Positions 1 to 12,000 of a stretch of DNA of 64,000 nt are shown piece after piece. How positions within the stretch are numbered: position 1 is the stretch's first letter; every line of letters begins with the position of its first letter. The notes under the pieces are model-generated. The model was not told the DNA's origin. It searched no databases and saw nothing but the letters and a program-made list of their open reading frames with translations. The DNA is taken from contig CATNEN010000029.1 of the NCBI GenBank assembly GCA_950097015.1, forward strand, positions 1,364,001-1,428,000, in the 5' to 3' direction. A program made the translations under genes and the position numbers. This DNA is from Macrostomum hystrix. Its lineage: Eukaryota; Animalia; Platyhelminthes.

Positions 1-414
1 ACCATCACGGTGCTGTTTGAAATCTGCGAGTATATCTATTTGACTACGTTCAACATTTTTAAACACTTGAAAGAGAAGCGGCGCCGAAAGATGAAAGGCG
101 ACGAGGCGAATGAGGATGACAAGACGCGACTTGAGGACGGCGGAATCGGTGGCGGCGCTGCATTTGATGACAACGTAGATGATATGTTTAACGAGGATAA
201 TGAGAAGCCTGAGTCAGATTTAGATTCATCGGAGCCAGAAGGCACCAATGAAGCTTTGCCATTGAACACGCTAGGGAGCGACGTGAGTAGCAAGCACAGC
301 AGACACAGCAGCCAGCACCGAGACGACAAAGAAGTTGGAGAAACCGAAGAAGACAGCAACTCGTTAGAGTGGAAAGCTGAGAAGCGCATTCCCAGGCCCT
401 TGGCGATGGCCTAA
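1..414 (+). CDS. 3' end (last exon, partial) of a probable DEG/ENaC/ASIC-family channel: end of TM2 plus acidic cytoplasmic tail
   Basis: Frame 1 is open from the window edge: TITVLFEICEYIYLTTFNIFKHLKEKRRRK. This resembles the DEG/ENaC TM2 end (ASIC1 SILTVLELFDYAY) followed by a basic stop-transfer and a low-complexity acidic tail, with TAA at 412-414. Only about 15 informative residues are visible. Confidence 0.45.
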   Translation, partial: TITVLFEICEYIYLTTFNIFKHLKEKRRRKMKGDEANEDDKTRLEDGGIGGGAAFDDNVDDMFNEDNEKPESDLDSSEPEGTNEALPLNTLGSDVSSKHSRHSSQHRDDKEVGETEEDSNSLEWKAEKRIPRPLAMA

Positions 415-2008
415 CCCTGAACTGTACGTCCGAGAATAGTTTTGTTTTTAATTCCGAATTCAGAAACGCGTCTGTTGGCAGCAGTTATAGCGTCGATAAT
501 AGATTTTAGTTTAATCCTAATAAGCTTAGTGTGCTTGATTCACCCTCAGTCAGAAGTCTAATGATCAAATGAACGAATAATATCAAAGATGTATAGAAGC
601 TTTACTTGTGTCGTCTTGCATTTTCTCTACTGAAATTAATCTGCGGTATGTCATTGTTTCAATAATAAGTTTCATTGTCCGTATATTAAAATGCATGCTA
701 ATATTTTAGCTTTCAAATCTTTTTACCTGAATACCTATTATACATTCATCAGGCAACAGGTAGCTTAAACTTAAGTCATACAATTGGATAAGTAAGGTAC
801 TTACTTCTAAGCCAATAATTTATACCATATTCAAAAAGTACCCAAACTACACTTGTACTATTATTAACATTATTGCGTTTTAAAACTATTGTGCTCAATA
901 AAACGCATACAGTGTTTTGCTAGAATACAGTAAAAATTACAGTTTATTCGTTTTGCGGGAAAATGGCCTGAGTAAAAGTAAGTAAGAGTCAAAAGTAAAA
1001 GTCAAAGTAAAGGCATGTGTACATTTTTCGATTGCAATCTCTACTAGATTTATTAAAAATAAACTAGGAGCTAATATAAGCGAATAACTCGTACATGTGC
1101 ACTGTATGCGGATCGATAATTTAAACGTGTTTTAGAAAATTTGAATATCATTGCAGCATTGCGTACTGGCAACTGCAATTTCGCCTGTAATTGTAAACCT
1201 CATATAATTACAAGCGTAATTATACTGGATTTCGTGCTGATTTACTAAAAAAAGTTCTTGCTTATTTCTTATTGTTGAAGCACAAGCAGTACATTTTTTA
1301 TCTCTTTTTATCTCATTTATAAAGACTTGCAAATGCGATTAAATATTAATGCATTACATTTTAGCTTTGGCAAAAGTTTGACAAACTATTTACACTATTT
1401 AAATACCATTTGAAATTGGCGAGTAGGCTACCGAATGAATAGCATATTTTTCCATACGGTACCTTACAAATTGCCGCTACCTTCTGTATAATTATGTTGC
1501 AGAAAAAATACAAAGATGAAATACAAAGTTTGGGGTAGTACTTAACCTCTTCCATACCGAGACTTTTTACTGCACTCCGAGAAAATCCGTATGGGTTAAA
1601 CAGCATGCAGTTAAATGTAAACTCAGCAGCCAAGTTGAAAAGCCCAGTTCTATAAAAAAATAGTTAAAGCAGAGCATACTCAGCTTTAGCTGTTGCTTAA
1701 AAATGCTTTTACACTAAATCACTACGCAATTTTGTCGTTTCAAACGAAAAACAAAAAAAATGCGTGCAGGTTCAAAAATACAGACACTTCTTTGTTTTAA
1801 TCATTTGAAAAGGGATTTGCAGTGCAACAATCTAACGCCAGGTAATAATGTGTTTAAATTCTGGAAACAATACATTGATATGTTGCACTTTTGCCTAGAC
1901 TAATTGTATTCTTTATCCTGAGCTATATAGTATTGTTTGACATATTTAATTTAGTGGTTCTTATTATTCGTTATTTGTACAGTTATTGTACAAAAAGCAA
2001 AACAGCTA

Positions 2009-2606
2009 GGCAGTGCTTATCCCCACGGTACCGTGGAAATAATTTTTGTCTTATTCCTACGGTACCGTGGGAATAATTTCCTGCTTATCCGCACGGCACA
2101 CTGACGAGATAGCTGTCCTATCTTCAACATATTCCGTTGGCACTGTCAGACATTTTTTATGGACCTATTTTAACTTGGCCTAGAATAAAGTAATAGACTG
2201 GATTATAGACTTAGAAGGCTTGAGCTATAAGATTAGAAAAATACACACTTCAGTTGTATTCTTTTGAATATATAAATAATAGAAATATATATTTTATATA
2301 CTTAAAAAAGCCACCGTATTGGTTAACTAATTGCGAAAAAAGCAGAAAACTTTAATTTGTTTACTTGCTTTTAAAAACCGGAAGAAAAAAAAGGAAAATT
2401 GCAGTCATGATAAAAAGATAGATGATAGGACAGCTATCTCGTCAGTGTGCCGTGCGGATAAGCAGGAAATTATTCCCACGGAATATGTTGAAGATAGGAC
2501 AGCTATCTCGTCAGTGTGCCGTGCGGATAAGCAGGAAATTATTCCCACGGTACCGTAGGAATAAGACAAAAATTATTTCTACGGTACCGTGGGGATAAGC
2601 ACTGCC
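2009..2606. mobile_element. Non-autonomous Mutator/foldback-type MITE (598 bp) with ~130-bp TIRs and 9-bp TSD
   Basis: 2009-2147 (ggcagtgcttatccccacggtaccgtgg...) is the near-perfect reverse complement of 2478-2606. Identical flanks aaacagcta lie at 2000-2008 and 2607-2615. G-starting long TIRs with a 9-bp TSD are typical of MULEs. Confidence 0.85.
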
Positions 2607-4776
2607 AAACAGCTATTTAAAGGTAATTTAGTGACCATACAAGTAGATAGCAAAGTAGTTCTTTGTAAATAAACAATAGCCTCAAAGTTATAACACAGTA
2701 TTACTAAAAACAATGTTGTTGGCATGTTAAGCAAGACCAAGTCATTGTTGTTTTTGTGTGACTTACATTTTTCTTTATTTGACTTCAATCATGGGAAAAT
2801 TAGTCGATAGACCTATTATTAGATGTTACCACTATACTACCTAAGTCTACCTTCACACAGAATGACTATTGCACAAAATTATGTCCCAGAAAAGAAATTA
2901 GTTGACTTTCAAACTCGAATGATTTTTAACTAATTCTGCAATTCTGGAATTTCAACAATTTCAGCAAGCAAATTAAACTTCAATTCTTAAGACATTGTTA
3001 GGGGCTCCAGTGAGAAATAAAAAATAAACAATTCCATATTTTTTGTTTTCTTGTGTTACAGATCTTGCTTGTCTGAGTTAAAAGACACCTCACTCATCAA
3101 AATTGGTCAAGTAATAAAAAAGTTACAACAATTTTTTATCAACATTTTAGTTGTTTTCATAGTGTATTTTTCCCATAAGGGGCTGTGATCCAGATGAACG
3201 GATAGATTTGACTTAGGAAAACAAAAAATTGCAATTTAATAGTTTTATTTTTAATGGATTTTTTTATTCCAAAAGCATATAGTTCATTTTTTCATTATCT
3301 ACACCATGGAATATATATATATATATATCTATGTATATCTTCTATTAACACTTGGTATTAATGTATTACATTTTGATTTTACATTGAATAGGATTACCAA
3401 GCTGACAAGACATGTTTATTTGTTTGCAATATAAAACTCTTGGCTTTAAAGAAGTGACAAAGCCATAACTATTCCATAGCTTAACAAATAGATGTCTCAT
3501 AGACATCAATTTACTATTTACAGTCAATTGCAAAAGCCATCTGAAATGCGTAAAGGGGGTACATTAGAGAAACATGTTTCCGGGAGATTCCGCTAAAGGA
3601 AAATAAAAAGGTTTGAGTATATCATATTCTACATAAAATTCTACGTAAAATTTTAATGGGATACACTTGGAAACAACTCAAATAAAAAAACAGTCTTTTA
3701 CTAAAAAGAATTGTTAATATTGATTTTAATATACTCTTTCTTAATTTTTAATTTGTTCATTTCAGTATCAATGCATTAGTAAAATTTTAAAGTTCTATGT
3801 AAGGTACTTTTTTTTCTAAATTTCGATCACACAGCAAATATACTTTTTTAAAAAACAATTTTTTGCACTGTATAATCTTTTTTGTTTTTTGCACTTATTG
3901 TAGCATTATATAAACACTTGTTGTAAAGTAAATTTTATCTTCTTTCTATTGATAGTAGGCTTTTTTGTTAGCATAAAATTTATGTTCTTTTTTCATCAGA
4001 ACACAGCATTGTTTTTTATCTTTTTTCTTTTTTTCCATTTTTTAGCTCACTAGAGTCCATAACATTACCATCTATGTAACATTACATTACTATGTTGTTT
4101 TTAAAGGTTATTTCATACAGTTTTAAGTAAATATAAAAATAGATAAATTCAATTATTCTTTTGACATGTTTTTACAATACTTGCCATATATGCCATGAGA
4201 TACATTATCATCATCATATGGATTGCTATACTTTTTTATATTTTAGTGCCATGGCCTGCTCCTTCTATTGAATATTCTAGATTTAATGCATTAATCAAAT
4301 CTAGGTTTAACATTTCCTATTCAAAAGTGCCATCTGACTTTACGTGACAGTAACTTCATATAACTTCTTAACAAACTAATTTGATGTTTTTTCAGATGTT
4401 CACTCAACCTCAGATTTCATTTGAAAATTGCTTGAATACTTTCTAAACTCTTTCGCATTTTACTTCATAAGCCATGACCAATCCTTTTGTGATTTTGCAC
4501 ATCTTAGAATGGTTATTTTTTAAATAATTTTCAATACATTTGGGACAAGGTTTTATAAAGTACAGAGAAAATCAGATATATGATTTATAGATTGCTTAAG
4601 ATTGCTTACAAAAAGACTAACCTGATTGGGCCAGATATATAGCCAGTTGTGAAGCTATTGTTGCTTGTTGCAACCAAAGACAGTTCAGCTTTTCATATTA
4701 TAGAATGGGAGTTGCCATACCATTCTTAATTCTACTTGGCATGATGCTCGTGCTTTTTTCCAGCTGGTTGTGCTGA

Positions 4777-5075
4777 GACGCTGAGGAGAACGGCGTGCTT
4801 TTTCTCATCTTTGATGTCATTGGCCTCGAAAAACTGCTCCAGTCTTTCCTGCTACTGCTGCCATTTTTCTGTCCCCTCTTCAAAGGGTTCAATAGACCCA
4901 ACTAGGCTCATTTCTCGTCGCCATTTTAAAGTCTTTACTTAAGATTGTAGAACGAACTCTAACTACCAAACGCGATGACACAGCGACTTTTATATTTTAT
5001 TTTATTTATCAAATCGATAGCAGACTCCGCGCATGCACATTCGATAGAAGGTTTAAAAGCACGTACAACAACACA
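4777..5075 (-). mobile_element. Degenerate Ty3/Gypsy LTR-retrotransposon 5' relic (putative LTR end, PBS-like motif, gag N-terminus)
   Basis: Minus strand from ATG at 4911 reads MSLVGSIEPFEEGTEKWQQ*QERLEQFFEANDIKDEKKHAVLLSV, the typical Mag/CsRn1-type gag start, with an in-frame TAG at 4854-4852. It is immediately preceded by tggcgacgag (4923-4914) and an upstream AATAAA-rich segment. The LTR boundary is approximate. Confidence 0.7.
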
Positions 5076-6010
5076 GTACATTCCAAATAATTGGATATGT
5101 GCCAGGCAGGTGCACAACCCACCTGCCTTAGCCAGCCGCAAACAGAGCAATTCCAAATACAAATTACAAATTACAAATACAATTTCTGATTGTTTAAAAA
5201 CACCAGGGATCTTGTTTTCAGGAGGTTAAAGTTCTAACCACTTGGGTACAATCTACGAGTAGAAAGCTATGGGTTTGTGAGAGTGCCTTGAAAACCGAGT
5301 AAAGTGCTTTGTTACCATTATTAATAGTTACACCATTGACCTAACAAACATGCAATTGCTAATGTATCAACAATTTTAGCTAAAATCATTTGTGATGTTT
5401 TAATGTTCCTTCCTCCTATTCTTGATTAAGTAATTGGGCGTTAATCCTAATCCCTTTAAGTGAGTAAGTTTTGAAAATACATAGCCATAGGCTTCCCTTT
5501 TTTAGCCTTTTTCCAGGGCAGACAGGCAAACGAAAACAGTTCAGCTAAACTAATTGTACAGTCAGAACCCTGAAATCGAGTTTTATTGGCCCTAGCTAAT
5601 AATGTCCGACTTAATGTACAGTCCCGCCTTTTCGCGGAGGATGAGGTTGGTATTAAGCGGGGTTAGGAAAACCCCGCAAACCCCGCCTCTCGCTTATATC
5701 TCTTGCCGCTATTCTGTCCCTTCGTTCTCATAAGCGGCGCCCCCAGGCCTCAAGTCTTTTGTGGAAGAGAAAGGCTTTAATAGGCTCTCTTTATAGAGCA
5801 GAAAGCGCAGACTAATAAAAGGCTTCATTATCCAAATAGACTTTTGTGTATTTTGAAGAAACAGATTGCTTCTTTTAAAGTTTATGTTTAACAGCTTTAT
5901 ATTCCACTTCAGCTCCTCTCCGCTTCATTGAACAGCTAGCTAACTCGGCCGTTTTATTCAAGTAATCAACCAAGACTCGTAGTTTTTAATAAACTCATAT
6001 AAAGAAAAGT

Positions 6011-9000
6011 ATGGCTAAGCTAATTGGCACCTTCCGCGATCTGCCGCACAAGCTGCATCTGTCTAGCGGCGGCAAAGCCAAGGCCAGCGACAAGCAATTG
6101 AAGCAATATAAAGAATACTTTGATCTTGGCGAGGTAAGATATTCGTTTTTTGAAATACATTTATTTCGTTTTTATTGTTCAATTTCGATTAAGTCACACG
6201 GCTGTAGCAGTTATCTGACCATTTAAATCCAAATTTTGTTCCTACCAGAGAAATAATTCCAAAATATCCCAATTATTTATGTAATTGTGTAATCTAAAAA
6301 ATATTTTTATGTACCGTTACTTTTAGTTTATTGAGATTAAGAAGTTGATTACTTTAGTTTATTTAAACATTTCTTGGGTCAAGCCAAGGATATTTGCTAT
6401 TGTTTCAGCTTATTTGGCTTTTAGGCTCCTCTATGACATGTTCTATTTTGTCTTATTGACTCAATTGGAGAACCTTACTCACTCTACTCGTTCGTCATCA
6501 TAATCTACGGTCTAGCCTGCCAAATTTATACTAGTTAATACTTCAATATAGGATTTTCGAGATGACTAATGCCCCGCCGCGTGCGTGAGGCCTATTCCTA
6601 AAAATTTCTCTAAGTCGCTGAGTCATTGCAAGCTCACACCCTTCATGTCTGACCGGGGCCATTCCCCTAGTCCTAGGACGGCGGTTGAGGTGGGCGGCCT
6701 TTATGTCATACGGGTCTTCGTCTGGGGTTTGTTGTGGCTTTTCGTCTAGCTTTGAATATTTTTTTTCTCTTTACCCCACATTCTCCTTCCTGCACACCCT
6801 CCCATCCCATGCCTCTTCTCTCTTTCCTTCCTTCCTTCCGTCTGTCTCTTCTTCCAGCCTCGGCTGCCTCTTTCCTATCTCTCTTTACCAGGGCTTCTGT
6901 CCAAAGCAGGACTGGCCACGCTACGGCCCGCTCCGCCAGTTCTAGCACCCGCCCCATTCTATCGCACCCACCCCAGGTTAGGCGTGGCCTAAAAACCCTG
7001 CCTCGGGGAAGGGTGACGCGAACAACTCTATAGTGTTCTTTTTTTGCTAGGCTTTTGTGCGCGTGACGTGCATGTCTGATGGCGTCTGAAGCTAAAAATA
7101 GAATGCTGAATCATCGAGGGGCGTAGGGGATGACTGGGACAGACGGTAAAGGGTTCGTACGGAGGGTAACACACTTTCTCTTTTCTCTTTTGCCAAATCT
7201 CCTAATGCGGGCTACTGACTACCGTTAAGAATCGAAAAGGAATCGTGTTGTTTACCACAAAGTTATCCCAAACTATTAGTTCGGAGTATGTTATGACCAA
7301 CTGGTTTGATGGAAATGTAAATATTTATTTCCTTACTCAATTCTAGCTGTGCAAAATTGGATTTCCGGACAATGCTACCACTATCGCGCATGACACCCAG
7401 CTTAATCTGTTGGCTATCGGCACTAAGACTGGCGAAATTCTTGTGTAAGAAATAACATTTCGACCATCCAATGCATTGATGTATTATTATTATTGTACTA
7501 TTAACATTAACTACGTTATTATTTTCTATCCTGCAAATGTTTAGGTACGGAGCCCCCGGACACGAGTTCTCAGCTAGCCACAAGGAGGCCAGCGAAGTGA
7601 AGCAGCTTATATTTCTGCCCGATGAGGTGAGTTATTTTATTCGTTATCTCCTGTCGTAGTCACAGTTCTTAATTATCTTTTTTGTTATAATAGAACTCAT
7701 AAATCAAACGACACTTTTGGGATTATAGCTACGTTGAGAAGAAATATTCGTTCCTTCCTCTACTGAAAGGAAGGATGCGGTCAGGAAATGCAGCAGGCTG
7801 CGGGCCGCCAAGGGACTGGCTGCTCTCGCTGAGTGCTCTGCCAGAGTCTGAGTAGAAGCTTCTAAGCCTCTAAAAAATGCATAGCGTAATGCTTCTTATT
7901 CCGTCTATTTTTCTCTATCGCGAGTCTTGTCTGTCTGCCAGTCTGTCCGTCTGTCTGGCCCCAGTCCTAGCTGTTGGGATGCGATAAAAGAATATTTATT
8001 GCCCTTCTCTCAAATCCACTCTGTCCCGGCCGCTAGTTCGTCGTGCGCGTTTGTGTGCGCACTGCAGTGCCAAAATCCCCAATTCCCTTAATCGACCGAC
8101 CTGAATGCCCGCCTGTCCCTCAAAACACATGGCATGGCGCTTGATCTCAGTTGACTGACTTCACTGATCTACTGCTTTCATTTTTAGGGAGAGAAAAGTC
8201 CCCCGTCCTCGCCTGGCTAGGATTTTGAGTTCACATTTGTCCGTGTAATTCCATTCTTTATTTGTCTCCAGCCTGTCTGCGGCTGCAATTAGAACCCTGG
8301 ATTGCATTTGGGCAGTTTTATATTGTTATTTAAAAGTACATTGCTGGTTTAAAATGCGGCTCAGATTTAATAATAAGTAAATTTTCCCACAATCGCCAGG
8401 GCCGCCTGTTGAGCCTGACCGCGGACAATCGCCTGCACAAATGGGAATTAAACGAGTCCGCCACTAGCGGTGCCAACTGGCGCCTCGAGCACGTCGCCGA
8501 ACTGTTGACCGGACCGGCCGACGGCGCCGATGATCAGCTGGCTACTAGTGCCGCTCTGGTTGGCAGCGACCGGCTCTGGATTGGCTACGCTAGCGGCTCC
8601 GTGCGCCTAGTAGACGCCAAGGACTGGAAGTTTGTCGACGCGGCTACGTCAGGAGAAGCCATCGACAAGGGGTGAGTTTGCACACATGGGATTTCTACTG
8701 CAGTCCAGTTCAACTGACTAAGTAATTTGACTAGCTAAAAATAGTATTTAATTATAGGTTATTATACTGAATATAACAGGTATTGATTTTTCACTTTCAT
8801 TGTGTAATATCTGGTTTGCACCTGTCTTGACGCTATTTTAAATACGGTTATTTATTTTCAGCTCGCGGACAAAATTAGCTTGAAAAAATGCACGGTCCGC
8901 TTTCGTAAGACACGCTTATTCACGAATAGTGCTTTCAATTAGCTAATGATTTTTGCATCTCATATCTCGTATTTAATGCCGTGACAGTTTGGGAAAAAAA

Positions 9001-12000
9001 CGAACAATGAAATCTAAAAACAAATCATATCAATTCTGACTGCGTTTTTTCTGCTCTAAGCTTGAGTGCAGGTAGATTATGGGCCATCGATTTGAGTTGT
9101 AACCTCGCCGTACCTGTCTGGCACAGGAAGTTGATTCGATAATATAATATTCACTCTATTGAGCTTATCTTTATAAAATAATTTTCGCGTTTTTTTATCT
9201 GGCTATAGTAGCTATCTATTCACAACAACTGCTATCTTTGGGGTTGCATTGCTTTGTAAATATTATCCGATCGAATTGTGTGAATGTCACTGCGCTAGCC
9301 GAGGTCACGAAGGTCAAAAAATAGGAAATGCCTAGTCACTTTCCTACTGATCTTTATCAAAATAAGCGACACTAAAAGCCAAAGTGTGTTTATCTTAGAA
9401 TGCCGGTTTTCTCTCTCTATTTCTCCCACACATTCCACAGGCCTGTGGTTATAGCCAGCTTTGCATTGCATAAGGATAATGAATGAATGAAGAGATTTAG
9501 CCTCCGATTGCGTAATAAGTGTCTGGGGTTCGTGCGGTCAAAGCTTATCTCAGCTTTTAAGTCAACTTTACTTTCCCTTCAGTCATTGAAGACATTGTTT
9601 AAGCTATAATCTATTTCCCACGGGTGCTCTGTAATGAGCCACTTCTGATTGTTAACTGGCTTTAGCTTCTTAGGCTGTATGAATCATCCGACTCTAGTGT
9701 TGAATTTCTACATTCTGTTGCGTCACTATAGCTAGCAACTGATAGAGTCAGCCCCGTAGATAAATGCTGCTATTTTCGAATTGCTCTTTGTCTTTCGGCA
9801 GAATTGATTTAGCAATCTATGTAGCCCTCATGCCATTCGATTGTATCGGCAGCTAAGTAAACAGAATGGGCCTTCACTTTCGCACGCCTCTCCTAACACC
9901 ATTCTCTAAAGAGAGAAGGCTACAAATTCCGTCTTAGATTGTGTGGCAATGAACTGTTCTTACTTTAGTCCATTATCTGGGTCGGGATGTGTGTTGTTGC
10001 TAAATTGTTGCCTGCTTCCAGAAGCAACATATTCTCTTTGATTCATGCTAGTTGTGCGTTTTTTATTTCTTATGGTTCTGCAAATATTGGCTCAGCTCTT
10101 GGATATTTCCAATTCTATCTCACACTTGGTGAACCTACCAACTGGCCTAGCCTTGCAAAAGCAGGCAATGGCTGTGTTTTTCAAACCAGCCTTAGCCAGT
10201 GTTGTCGATTTCCACACAAGCCAAACAAATAGCCATCAAGCCAAATTCTTTGCTGCATTGCTTGCTTTGACAATGGCATTATAACAAGACTAAATGCCTA
10301 GAATGTAATCAATTGATTGTTTTCAATTTGATCAGCTGGTTCTGTTCTATTGCTGATTTAGTGTATAAAATCATATTTATATTTTTAACATAGTTAAATA
10401 CCGCATTTATCATGCTGCTAGACAGTTCACTCGTGTTATATCAATAAAACTCCTTTAAACTACTATTTAGTAGGCACATGTTATACCTTTTTCTATAAGA
10501 AAATATAGAATCGAACAAAGTGAACTATCTAGTAATTATAAATGCCAAATTCAACTATCTATTGATTAAGCCTAATATTCGCATATCACTGCCTTCTCCC
10601 AACCCTATTTACCGACATCCCCACCTCTAAATCTCACTCCGCATGCAGTCTGAATGAGGAGGCCCGCAGTCAGCTGCACGGCTGGGGCTCCATTGTCGCC
10701 ATCGAGGCCAGCCCGGCCAATGGCAAGTACGTCGCCGTCGGCTTCAGCTCCGGCACGGTGGCCGTGTTGAACAGCACCGACTGCAATCTGCACAGCTTGA
10801 TCCCAGGTGCTGCCGAGCTGCGCTGCCTTAGCTGGCTAACGGACGGCAGCGCCGTTTATACCGGTCACGCCGACGGTAGCTACGCCGTCTGGCGTGCTGA
10901 CGAGCCGGCAGAGACTAGCAGGCTATTAAAAACCGTCGACAATCCGCAGACTGTCTATGGCCCTTTTCCCTGCCTGCCGGTGACGCGCCTGCTGCACCGC
11001 ACCGCCAAGCTGGGCGGCCTCACTGTCCTGGCTGGCGGCATGGCCAAGAACACGCACGCCGATCGGCACACTGTGACCCTGCTGCGCGAACAGGAGCACG
11101 TCTGTTTGGATCTATGCTCACCTGTGGTGGATTTGGTTCTACTCTGCTCACCTGGCGATGGTAACACTGGCCAGGCTGGCTATGATGAGCCGCACACCCT
11201 GATTGTGCTGTGCGAATCCCAGCTTGTTGCTTTGGATCTCTACGGCGCTCAGTGGCCAGAGTTCCGCCTGCCCTATCTGACTGCCATCAGTGCCACTGGC
11301 GCCCCGGTTAGCGCCGTCAAAATATACGGCTCTGAGGCGGACAGCGGCGTCGAGCAAATCCGCGCCGCCCTATTGGCTGCCTCGAATAGCTCTAGCGCGA
11401 CCGGCTACACCAGCCGAGCCTGGCCTATCACGGGTGGCAAGTCGCTGCGAGCTGCAACTGAGGAGCCAGCTACTGCTACTTCTGGCGATCAAGACGCCGG
11501 CGCCACAACTTCGGCTGCCCCCGATGCTCAAGAAGCTAAGCCAGCCGCCTGGCATCTGCTGGTCACTGGACACAGCGATGGCTCCGTGGCTTTCTGGCAG
11601 ATCGGTCACGCTGGTTCTGGCACCTCCGCAGCGCTGCTGCACACCTTGAACACCGCCGAATTATTCTCTGACAGTGCCGCCGCCAGCGGAGTCGCCGAGG
11701 AGAATCCGGCCGACGCCGGAGGCTTTCCGCCGTTCCGTTCTGCCGGCAGACGCTGGCGACGAGCCGCGGCTGACGAGAATGCCGCCCGGTTCGCCGTGAC
11801 TACACTAGAGCTCGCTGGCGATTGTCTGCTAGTTGGCGGAGCCGCCGGTCAAGTCACAATGTGGCGCTTGGCGTCCAGTGGCGCCGCCCCTTCCCCTGTT
11901 GAAGTCGACGTTCGCACTGTTAACGCCGACATAGTGTCACCAGGCAAGGACAGCCCCTATATTTGGGAGGGCCAGGCGCCTCTGCGGGTGCGCGAAGAGC

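Noticed and set aside
3000-4700. Possible decayed DNA-transposase (KPCPKC...GLVMAYEVKC on the minus strand near 4450-4560)
   Set aside because: It has too many stops and no convincing catalytic motif or termini, so it cannot be assigned without a profile search.
9990-10290. Coding-looking, stop-interrupted minus-strand segment in Lgl intron 4
   Set aside because: No family is recognisable by eye; it is probably a TE relic but unsupported.
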